From NCBI GenBank assembly GCA_029936315.1, contig JAPYTD010000012.1, forward strand, positions 15,455 to 79,454: 64,000 nucleotides of DNA, written 5' to 3'. Positions within the stretch are counted from its first letter, which is position 1. Each line of letters starts with the position of its first letter. The translations under genes were made by a program, and so were the position numbers. This DNA comes from Planctomycetota bacterium. GTDB taxonomy: Bacteria > Planctomycetota > UBA1135 > UBA2386. This document shows positions 1-7,475 of this stretch, one piece after another. The notes under the pieces were generated by a model. The model had not been told where the DNA came from. It did no database searches and saw only the letters and a list, made by a program, of their open reading frames with translations.

Positions 1-357
1 CGTGCGTGCATGCAGGTAGCCGTGATGAAAGCCCTTGGTGCGACGTTCGACCACGGTGATCGGCTTACTGCTGGAGAGCGCGACCGGGTAGCCCGACTCC
101 TTGTGCATCACCGCGTGCTCATGTCCCCACGTGAGGGCAAGTTCTTGGAACTGCGTTTCGTCGAGGTGCAGCATTTCCTGGAACGCGGCGATCGTAGGCG
201 CCTGTTCGGCGAGCCATTGGGTCGCGGCTGCCTTGTGCTTCTGATGATCGAAGAGGTGGTACGTGTTCCAGTTGATCAGGCGGATCGGCGCGGGGCTGGC
301 GCAACCCATCATGCTGATCGAGAACGTGGCCAGGAACAGGCGGCAGATCCAGGGCAT
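1..357 (-). CDS. Endonuclease/exonuclease/phosphatase (EEP) family lipoprotein, N-terminal part (3' end lies outside the window)
   Basis: My own minus-strand translation from the ATG (revcomp of 355-357) gives MPWICRLFLATFSISMMGCASPAPIRLINWNTYHLFDHQKHKAAATQWLAEQAPTIAAFQEMLHLDE... It has a signal peptide with a lipobox-like MMGC, then the N-terminal EEP pattern (NWN ... FQEM resembling the LQE motif). The frame stays open to base 1, which is why it is missing from the ORF track. Confidence 0.55.
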   Translation of the reverse strand, partial: MPWICRLFLATFSISMMGCASPAPIRLINWNTYHLFDHQKHKAAATQWLAEQAPTIAAFQEMLHLDETQFQELALTWGHEHAVMHKESGYPVALSSSKPITVVERRTKGFHHGYLHART

Positions 358-399
358 GGGTGTTCGGTCGTGGGGGCGCATTGTCGTAGAGTGGCGCGG

Positions 400-1104
400 A
401 TGGCAGGCGATACCCAGATCCATGTTGGCACGAGCGGCTTCAGCTACGCCGAGTGGCAGCCCGCGTTCTATCCGGAGGATTTGAAGAAGGCTGCGATGCT
501 GTCGTTCTATGCGCGCCAACTGTCGTCCGTGGAGCTCAACAACACCTTCTATCGCATGCCGAGCGAGAAGAACGTGCAGGTGTGGAGCGACCAGGTGCCA
601 GACACGTTTCGATTCTCCATCAAGGCGACCAAACGCATGACGTGGTCGCAGAAACTGGTCGATTGCGAGGACCTGCTCGAAGACCTGTTCAAGCAATTGC
701 AGCCGCTCGGTGACAAACTCGGTTGCGTCTTCTACCAGGTGCCGAAGCACGTGCGTTGCGACATCGATGTTCTGCGAACGTTCGTCGATCAACAGCCCGA
801 AGACGTGAAGACCGCGTTTGAGTTCATGCACGAGAGCTGGCAAGACCCTGCCGTCGCCGAGCTATTGCATGCGCACGGTGCGACCATTGTCGGTAGCGAC
901 AAGGACGATGCACCAGCACCAGAGCTGGCCGCTGGAGCACCTTGGATCTACCTGCGTCTGCGTCGTTCGGCCTATGACGATAACGAGTTGCGCGGGTGGC
1001 GAGATCGCATTCATTCGTCCGGTGTAAGCGAAGCGTTCGTGTTCTATAAGCACGAGGACTCGTGCGCCGGGCCGGCATTAGCGCGCCGATTCCTGGCGCT
1101 TTGA
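400..1104 (+). CDS. DUF72 (YecE-like) family protein
   Basis: Uses the internal ATG at 400 of ORF 10..1104. MAGDTQIHVGTSGFSYAEWQPAFYPEDLK matches the DUF72 N-terminal GTSGWsY..W...FYP signature. The first 130 codons of the track ORF are antisense to the EEP gene. Confidence 0.85.
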   Translation: MAGDTQIHVGTSGFSYAEWQPAFYPEDLKKAAMLSFYARQLSSVELNNTFYRMPSEKNVQVWSDQVPDTFRFSIKATKRMTWSQKLVDCEDLLEDLFKQLQPLGDKLGCVFYQVPKHVRCDIDVLRTFVDQQPEDVKTAFEFMHESWQDPAVAELLHAHGATIVGSDKDDAPAPELAAGAPWIYLRLRRSAYDDNELRGWRDRIHSSGVSEAFVFYKHEDSCAGPALARRFLAL

Positions 1105-1171
1105 TGCGCCCAAGTCAAATGGTCTGGTATCGTGCGCAACTTCGTTCGGCATCCAGACTCAAAGGAATCGC

Positions 1172-1501
1172 ATGGCAGTCCCCTCGCGCACGTCTTGCAA
1201 AGATGCCGCCCAGCCGCGGTTGATGGCGTCGGACGGAGTCGTTGGCGATGGCTTGGCGCTGTTCGAAGCCGCCCGGGAGCAGGGGGTCGAGGGCATCGTT
1301 GCCAAGCGACTCGACTCGCCCTACTTGCCGGGTCACCGCACGGATGCATGGACCAAGATCAAGCCGGTCAAGTCGATCCTGTGCCTCGTGCTCGGCTACG
1401 AACCCGGTATCTACTGCACCGTCAGCTATCTCGAACGCACCAACAAGGGCAACCTGCGGGCGCCGGTCTTCAAGGGACTGGTGTCGGGAGGTAGTCTGTG
1501 A
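1172..1501 (+). pseudogene. Remnant of an ATP-dependent DNA ligase (LigD ligase domain, C-terminal part only)
   Basis: GDGLALFEAAREQGVEGIVAKRLDSPYLPGHRTDAWTKIKPVKS matches ligase motif V (EG(I/V)VAKR.DS.Y.PGRR...W.KIK). The end, VSYLERTNKGNLRAPVFKGL, matches the extreme C-terminus of LigD ligase domains. The adenylation domain (KxDG) is absent and most of the OB fold between these two pieces is missing. Confidence 0.6.
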
Positions 1502-2355
1502 GAGGGGACACGGGCAGCGAACGCACGTTCACCGTCGATGAGATGGCTGAGTTGTGCGGCTTGCCCGTCAACGTCGTCATGCGCTGGGTTGAACGTGGCC
1601 TGTTGCTGCCAATGCGTGGTTCCGTGGGTCGGTTTACGTTCCGCTCGGTCGGCACGGTGCGCACGCTCGCCGAGCTGTGGCGAGCCGGTTGGTCGGCGCC
1701 GCGCATCTTGCGCGCATGGCAATTGTCGCAGTCATTGGTAGAGGATTCGGACGCTGCCTTGACCGGCTTGCTGGCCAGCATCGGCAACAAGCGCGTCACC
1801 GTGCGTGCTCCCGATGGCCGACTGCTTGAGCCGACTGGGCAGGGGGTGTTCGACTTTGGTGCTGCCGAGCTAGAAGCCAATCCGTTGCCGCAGCTGCGTA
1901 GCGCGCAAGACTGGTTTGCGATCGGCGTTGATGCCGAAGCGGCGGGCCGTGTCAGTGATGCCGTGCGTGCCTACGAACACGCGGTGCCATCGGGCAGTGC
2001 CGAAGCGCATTTCAACCTCGGCAACTGCTACTACGAGTTGCGTCGCCACAAGGACGCTGTGGACCAGTTTGCGGCGGCGATTGCTCGTGCGCCCGACTAC
2101 GCTGAGGCGTGGAACAATCTGGGCATCGTGCGCGGCGAAGTCGGCGACCGCGATGGCGCGGTGGTGGCGTTGGTTCGCGCGCTCGAGATAGTGCCGCACT
2201 ATGCGGACGCCCACTACAACCTGGCCGAAGCGCTCGCCGTCGTTGGCGACCTTGACGGTGCGCGCAAGCATTGGCGCGCCTACCTGACGTTCGATCCCAA
2301 TTCGCGTTGGGCCGAGCAGGTGCGGCGCCGCCTGCAGAACGCGGGCGGATCGTAA
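1498..2355 (+). CDS. MerR-type HTH domain fused to TPR repeats (putative regulator)
   Basis: The N-terminus FTVDEMAELCGLPVNVVMRWVERGLLLP is a MerR-like HTH. The C-terminus has at least 3 TPR units (AEAHFNLGNCYYELRRHKDAVDQF, AEAWNNLGIVRGEVGDRDGAV, ADAHYNLAEALAVVGDLDGA). The GTG start overlaps the stop of the ligase remnant (GTGA). Confidence 0.7.
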   Translation: MRGDTGSERTFTVDEMAELCGLPVNVVMRWVERGLLLPMRGSVGRFTFRSVGTVRTLAELWRAGWSAPRILRAWQLSQSLVEDSDAALTGLLASIGNKRVTVRAPDGRLLEPTGQGVFDFGAAELEANPLPQLRSAQDWFAIGVDAEAAGRVSDAVRAYEHAVPSGSAEAHFNLGNCYYELRRHKDAVDQFAAAIARAPDYAEAWNNLGIVRGEVGDRDGAVVALVRALEIVPHYADAHYNLAEALAVVGDLDGARKHWRAYLTFDPNSRWAEQVRRRLQNAGGS

Positions 2356-2368
2356 CCGCGGGCAGTCG

Positions 2369-4291
2369 CTACTTCTTCTGCTGGCCGGCACCGCGCTTCA
2401 TCAGGCGCTTGAGCTCGGCGAGGTGCTCCTTGTAGATCGCACGTGGGTTGCAGTCGTGTTGCTTGCACAGGGATGCTGCCATGCCGACGATTTCTCCCAT
2501 CATGCCGCACGTCTGCATGACGCGCACGGCGCCGAGCGCTTCGTGCGTGACGCTGATGTCGCGGCCCGCCATGAACAGGTTGTCGATGTTCCGGCTGTAG
2601 AGTGCGCGGTAGGGAGCCCAGTAGGGGCCCTTGTAGTTGTAGCCCTTACCGCGGGTGAAGTCGGAGATGAACTCGTCGCCCTCGTGACCTTTCTGGAACT
2701 GGGCCTTCGGGAAGTGCAGGTCGATGTGCCACGTGCACGGGAATGCCGCGTCGTCGAATGGCTTGAGATCGTGGAAGTCCTTGCCCGTGACGATGACGTC
2801 GCCGAGCAGCCGGCGTGATTCGCGCTTGCCCGCGATGAACGCGGCCCATTTCAAACGCTGGTTGGGATATTGGCCGTCGACGTTTTTCAGCGCATCCCAC
2901 GCGCCATACATCGCGCGCAGGTTTTGATCGCGCATGCGTTCGAGGTCGGTGATCGGATGGCGATCGAAGCCGGTTTCCCAGAACCACCCGCCGAGCTGTG
3001 ACAGGTTGGCCATGCTGCGCTTGCCAAGCTTTAGTGCCTTGCGGCCGGGGAACGGTTTGTCGCTGAGGTCGACGGCCCACGGGCAGCGCGGGAACGGTGC
3101 CGGCGTATCGGATTTGACGAAGTTGAGCGACATCGGGTCGTCGTCTTCGCATTCACACAGCAGTTGGTATTCGTTCTTCTCGACTTCGCCAACGTTCCAC
3201 AGGTTGCTGACGCCCATGTGGCCAAGCTGTGTCATCTCGAAGTCGGCGCCGACCAGTGCGCCGATCACGCCGTCACCAGTTGCGTCGAGGAACCACCGGC
3301 CGCGCACCAGTTGGCGGCGGCCGCTGCGGGTGTGCTGCGCGCGCACGGCGCGGATATGGCCTTGCTCGTGCACAGAACCGTTGGCGCGGTGTTCGAGCAG
3401 CAGGGTCAGGTTGGGTTCCTTGCGGGCGAGGTTGAGCTTGCGATGGTCGTTGTAGATTTGGCGGTTGCGGGCGTTGCCGTCGCCCTTGCCCTTCTTGCGC
3501 ACGAGTTCGCGCACGACGTCGCCGATGTGCGGGTACGGTTCGTGGTTGGTGTGGCCTTCGGGCCAGACTCGCACTTCACTGCTGCCGTTGCCGCCGAGCA
3601 CCGGACGGTCCTGAATCAGTGCGACCTTGCAGCCGAGTCGTGCCGCGGTGATTGCGGCAGTGGTGCCGGCGATACCGCCGCCGACGACCACGAGATCGAA
3701 GCTGCCACCGTCCTTGGGCTCGCGATCCCAGCCGAGCAGCTTGCCGCGCAGTTCTGCCAGTTCGCCACCGCCATGCGGCGGTTGGAACGACAGGTCCTTG
3801 CTGAACAGGATCGCATCGCAGCGTCCTTCGAAGCCGCACAGGTCGTGCATCGTCAACTTGGTCGACGCGGTCGCATCGACAACGCCACCGTCCTGCCAGT
3901 GCCAGTCGGCGCCCTCGGTGCCGAACGTGGTCTTCAATGTCCGGCCGTTGAGTTGCAGTTCGAACCGTCCCGGCGCACCGGGCGCCTGCCATGGCGCCAC
4001 CCAATCGCGGGTGCGAACCCAGACGCGGTAGCGGCCGGGTTGCGCGAACGCCACGTCGGTGTGTGCGTCTTGCACTGGAATGCCGAGACCGTGCGCTAGC
4101 AGATACGGCGAGCCCATGAAGTCCATGAACTGTTGGTCAACGACCCAGCCGCCCGTTGCCGCGAACGACTCGGCTTCGACGAGCACGAGGCCAGTGGTGT
4201 CGGGGTTCGCTTGTGGCGCTTGTGCGACGGTGACTGCAACGACCGGGGTTAGCGAGAGCGAGGTTGCGAGCAGGATGCGAGCCAGTTGCAT
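2369..4291 (-). CDS. Secreted FAD-dependent oxidoreductase (FAD_oxidored-type) with an N-terminal carbohydrate-binding-like beta-sandwich
   Basis: The internal start MQLARILLATSLSLTPVVAVTVAQA is a signal peptide. The dinucleotide fold is FDLVVVGGGIAGTTAAITAARLGCKVALIQDRPVLGGN. The N-terminal module LVEAESF...GRYRVWVRTRDW resembles the CBM-like module common in this family. The first 149 codons of the 789-aa track ORF are Arg/Pro-rich and overlap the LigD PE remnant. Confidence 0.8.
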   Translation of the reverse strand: MQLARILLATSLSLTPVVAVTVAQAPQANPDTTGLVLVEAESFAATGGWVVDQQFMDFMGSPYLLAHGLGIPVQDAHTDVAFAQPGRYRVWVRTRDWVAPWQAPGAPGRFELQLNGRTLKTTFGTEGADWHWQDGGVVDATASTKLTMHDLCGFEGRCDAILFSKDLSFQPPHGGGELAELRGKLLGWDREPKDGGSFDLVVVGGGIAGTTAAITAARLGCKVALIQDRPVLGGNGSSEVRVWPEGHTNHEPYPHIGDVVRELVRKKGKGDGNARNRQIYNDHRKLNLARKEPNLTLLLEHRANGSVHEQGHIRAVRAQHTRSGRRQLVRGRWFLDATGDGVIGALVGADFEMTQLGHMGVSNLWNVGEVEKNEYQLLCECEDDDPMSLNFVKSDTPAPFPRCPWAVDLSDKPFPGRKALKLGKRSMANLSQLGGWFWETGFDRHPITDLERMRDQNLRAMYGAWDALKNVDGQYPNQRLKWAAFIAGKRESRRLLGDVIVTGKDFHDLKPFDDAAFPCTWHIDLHFPKAQFQKGHEGDEFISDFTRGKGYNYKGPYWAPYRALYSRNIDNLFMAGRDISVTHEALGAVRVMQTCGMMGEIVGMAASLCKQHDCNPRAIYKEHLAELKRLMKRGAGQQKK

Positions 4292-4728
4292 GGCTGGATC
4301 GTCGACTGAGCGGGGCCGTGCGACAAGCCCGATGGGCTCGTTCGCGGCGAATCCTCGCCGCGCAGGCGCTTGCCGTGCAGCACGATCTTCAGTTCGCCCT
4401 TCTCGAGTGCCTCTTCCCAGGTAGGGATCTTGACTAGCTCGTAGGTGCCGCGATCCCAGATGGTCATTGTGCCGGCGCCGTATTGGCCTTTGGGGATGCG
4501 GCCGTGGAAGTGTTCGTACTCGATGGGGTGGTCTTCGGTACGCACTGCGAGGCGCTTCTCGGAGGTTGCGTAAGAGAACCCGCGCGGCACTGCCCATGAC
4601 TTCAACACTCCCTCGTGCCGGTGCACGATAAACACGTCGCCTTTGCGCGCGATCGGCGCCGCGGGGTCTGGTTCGGGAGTGGCCCCGAAGTCGCGCTTCT
4701 TTCGGTATTCGGCGAGCGGGTCGCGCAT
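4249..4728 (-). pseudogene. LigD 3'-phosphoesterase (PE) domain remnant, probably inactive
   Basis: DPLAEYRKKRDFGATPEP..., GVLKSWAVPRG and EDHPIEYEHFHGRIPKGQYGAGTMTIWDRGTYE are LigD-PE hallmarks. However, FIVHRHE runs straight into GVLKSWAVP. This skips the roughly 12-residue (A/S)xRLHYDFRLE segment that carries the metal ligands. After LHGKRLRGE the C-terminus becomes non-homologous and overlaps the next gene. Confidence 0.55.
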
Positions 4729-4825
4729 CTCGGTTCACCTCAACGGGCGTGGGCGGCTGACCCGTTCAGGCCCGCGGGGAAGAGCATGATTTCTGTCCTG
4801 GCATGGTGCTGACCCCTTGGGGTTG

Positions 4826-7051
4826 TTAGTGGTTTAGGTGGAGTTCGACGAGTGGACTCAGGGCCAGCATCCATGCCTGCTGGCCTTTGCTGCTGATGTG
4901 GATGCGATCACCGCGCATGTTGTCGTTGCAGGTGCCGTCCTTGTTGAGGAACAGTCCGTGTAGGTCGAGGTAGCGGATGTTGTGCATGCCTCGAGATCCA
5001 TGCATGCCTGGCGTGTTGTTCAGCGCGATGCAGCCTTCGCGGATGCGTTCGATGGCTTGCCTGGTTGCGCTGTCGCGTTTGCCAGCTGGGAACGGCCCGC
5101 ATAGCAATACGAATGCTCGCGTTTGCAGGTTGAGTTGTACGGCGATCTCGAGGATGCCTTCGAGGACTTCGTTGGCGGTGTGCTTGCCGCTGACTACGTT
5201 GTTGACGCCGATCTGCAGCACGATGACCTTTGGCTTGAGTTCTTGCAACGCACCGTGCTGGATGCGGTAAAGGATGTGCTCAGTGCGATCGCCACTCAGG
5301 CCGAGCGAGATGGCGCCATGCTTACCGAACGCCTTGTCGATGGCGCGCGTGCCATTGGGTCTGCTGAGGCGGTTGCGCGAGCCCGTGAGGCCTTGCGTGA
5401 TCGAGTCGCCAAGGAACACGATGGGCGTGTCAGGATGTTGCTTGGCGAGGGCTCGCATCTTCGTGACTTGCATGCGCCACGAATCGCCGTGCCATCCCGC
5501 GCCGCTGCGGAACTCGACGGAGGGGGTTGGCGTGGTGGTGATGTCCTGCGGAAAGCCAGTGGCTCGCAGGATGGCGCGCAGCAACGGATCGACGGGATGC
5601 AGCCCGTGCGGGTGGTGGCCGTTGTCTGGCTTGCGCCACACTTCGACTGAACCCCCGGCCTTGGTGTAGCGCGCGGCAAGCAGGTCGCCGTTCTCTGCGA
5701 TTGGAACGACGTCATCATCGATGCCTAGCACCAACATCATTGGCACACGCTCCTTCGCCAATGGCCGCAAGCGTTCGACGGATACGGGCGCGAAGTCTTG
5801 GGCTGTTTCCTCGTCTAGCCCGTACGCCTTGAGGCAGCGTTGCCAGTCCGATGTTGAGCGCTTGCCGCTGTTGCCACCCGGCCAAGAACGAATGTCTACG
5901 ACCGGATTGTCGCCGTAGATCGCCGCTATGCGTTGCGGGTAGGCCAGCGCCCAATTCACGATCTGCAGGCCGCCCCGGCTCATGCCTTCCAATACCGCGC
6001 GGTGGTTGAGGCCGGTGTGTTCGAGCAGCGAGTGCAGTTCGACGTAGCGGTCAATGGCCTGCTGCGAACCGTACAGATTGCTGACGTCGCAATGCACAAG
6101 GTGGAAGCCGCGCTCTAGCAGCGCGATGTCCAGGGCCGGTTGGTGGCCGAAGAACCGCGCGCGCAGAACCCATGGGGCGCCGCGAGCCGTGCCGATGGGC
6201 GAGAACACTCGGCACGTCGCGGACGTCTTCGGCAGCTGGAACGTGATGCCTGCGAAGCCGTGGAACGTGTCGGGCTTGCTGGCAACCTCTAGCTGTGCCA
6301 GTTGCGCGTCGAGTCGGCTGCGTTGTTCGCTACTCGGGGTGCGCGGCGAAGCAATCGCTTCTGCGATGCGTCGCGCCACTCGTTCGGCGCCGAATGCCGT
6401 TGGATGCACTCCGTCGCTGACATCTTGTGCGCGCAGTGTACTGCGCAGCTCGAGGTATTCGACGTGTTCGGTTTCGTGCGCGACGGTTTGCATTGCCAGT
6501 GCACACGAGGCGAGTCGTTTCGCGCGTGTTTCGAGATCAGCTTTGCGTTCGGGATGCAGCCCCAACTTGTCGGCGAACATCGGTGTCGGTGAGCACAGCA
6601 CGACACGCATGTCTTTGCGTGCTGCATGCAACGCTGCAACCAGCTTCGCCGCATCCATCGCGAGGTCGTCGGCATGCCGCCAGTTGTGCCTGCGTTCATT
6701 CTCGCATGTGTCGTTCGTGCCAAGGATGACGAACGCGATGTGTGGCTGCCACGCGATGGCGTCGCGAAACGCCTGGGTCTTGTGGTAAGGCCGATCTGCG
6801 TGGCGCAGCATGGTCGCGCCGCCGGCGCCGAAGTTGCGGACCTCGAACGGCTGGCCGAGGTAGTCGTTGAGCCACCCCGGGTATGCGCTGTGTTCGCGGT
6901 CTGCGATACGTGCGCCGGCGGTGATCGAGTCGCCGAGGCAGGCGATCCGCGTTTGCGCCATCAGGCAGGTCGATCCAAGGCACAGCAGGCTGGCGGTGGA
7001 GAGGGCCAGGCAGCGCCAGCGGCGCGGGTTCGCATGCAGCATGGATCGCAT
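4826..7051 (-). CDS. Secreted tri-domain esterase: SGNH/GDSL hydrolase, alpha/beta hydrolase, SGNH/GDSL hydrolase
   Basis: Has a signal peptide. The first GDSL block is RIACLGDSITAGA with GAGGATM and ILGTNDT. The central region is dienelactone-hydrolase/peptidase-like (LEGMSRGG nucleophile elbow). The second GDSL block is PIVFLGDSITQGL ... LQIGVNN ... DRIHISSKG. Confidence 0.8.
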   Translation of the reverse strand: MRSMLHANPRRWRCLALSTASLLCLGSTCLMAQTRIACLGDSITAGARIADREHSAYPGWLNDYLGQPFEVRNFGAGGATMLRHADRPYHKTQAFRDAIAWQPHIAFVILGTNDTCENERRHNWRHADDLAMDAAKLVAALHAARKDMRVVLCSPTPMFADKLGLHPERKADLETRAKRLASCALAMQTVAHETEHVEYLELRSTLRAQDVSDGVHPTAFGAERVARRIAEAIASPRTPSSEQRSRLDAQLAQLEVASKPDTFHGFAGITFQLPKTSATCRVFSPIGTARGAPWVLRARFFGHQPALDIALLERGFHLVHCDVSNLYGSQQAIDRYVELHSLLEHTGLNHRAVLEGMSRGGLQIVNWALAYPQRIAAIYGDNPVVDIRSWPGGNSGKRSTSDWQRCLKAYGLDEETAQDFAPVSVERLRPLAKERVPMMLVLGIDDDVVPIAENGDLLAARYTKAGGSVEVWRKPDNGHHPHGLHPVDPLLRAILRATGFPQDITTTPTPSVEFRSGAGWHGDSWRMQVTKMRALAKQHPDTPIVFLGDSITQGLTGSRNRLSRPNGTRAIDKAFGKHGAISLGLSGDRTEHILYRIQHGALQELKPKVIVLQIGVNNVVSGKHTANEVLEGILEIAVQLNLQTRAFVLLCGPFPAGKRDSATRQAIERIREGCIALNNTPGMHGSRGMHNIRYLDLHGLFLNKDGTCNDNMRGDRIHISSKGQQAWMLALSPLVELHLNH

Positions 7052-7475
7052 GCCGGCGACGCTACCGGTAGGTCGTGTTGCTCGCGATTACGATCAAGGT
7101 CGGGCGCTCCCGGCTCGGAAGGTGCACGTGCGAATGCGAGTTGAGCCCGCGCGTGAGCGCTCGCGCACTGTGTGCGATTTCACACGCCGGTGGCTCGTGC
7201 CGGCATGAATACGACACAAGCGTTTGCCCTAACCAGGGTAACGAGGATTTTTTTGGTTTTGACGGCGTTGGCGAAGCGGCCCAATCGGGAAAGTCTGGCC
7301 TGTCAGCGAGCATGGCACCGCGTTTGCTTTCTACTAACCAGCCGGGCATCGAGCCGGTTAGTGGCAAGCGGAGTTCGCTTGCATGGAACTGTCGGCGAAG
7401 TAACGTTCGACAGCTTCTGGCTCGACTCGTCCCGGAGTAGACCCTACCGCCCCTGTCCAGGGCGGATCCCATCCA

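Noticed and set aside
10-399. N-terminal 130 codons of track ORF 10..1104
   Set aside because: This part is antisense to the EEP lipoprotein gene and has no DUF72 similarity. The DUF72 N-terminal signature begins at the ATG at 400.
4292-4738. N-terminal 149 codons of the 789-aa track ORF (2369..4738)
   Set aside because: It is an Arg/Pro-rich stretch with no similarity to anything. The signal peptide of the FAD oxidoreductase starts at the ATG at 4291, and this region is better explained by the LigD PE remnant in another frame.
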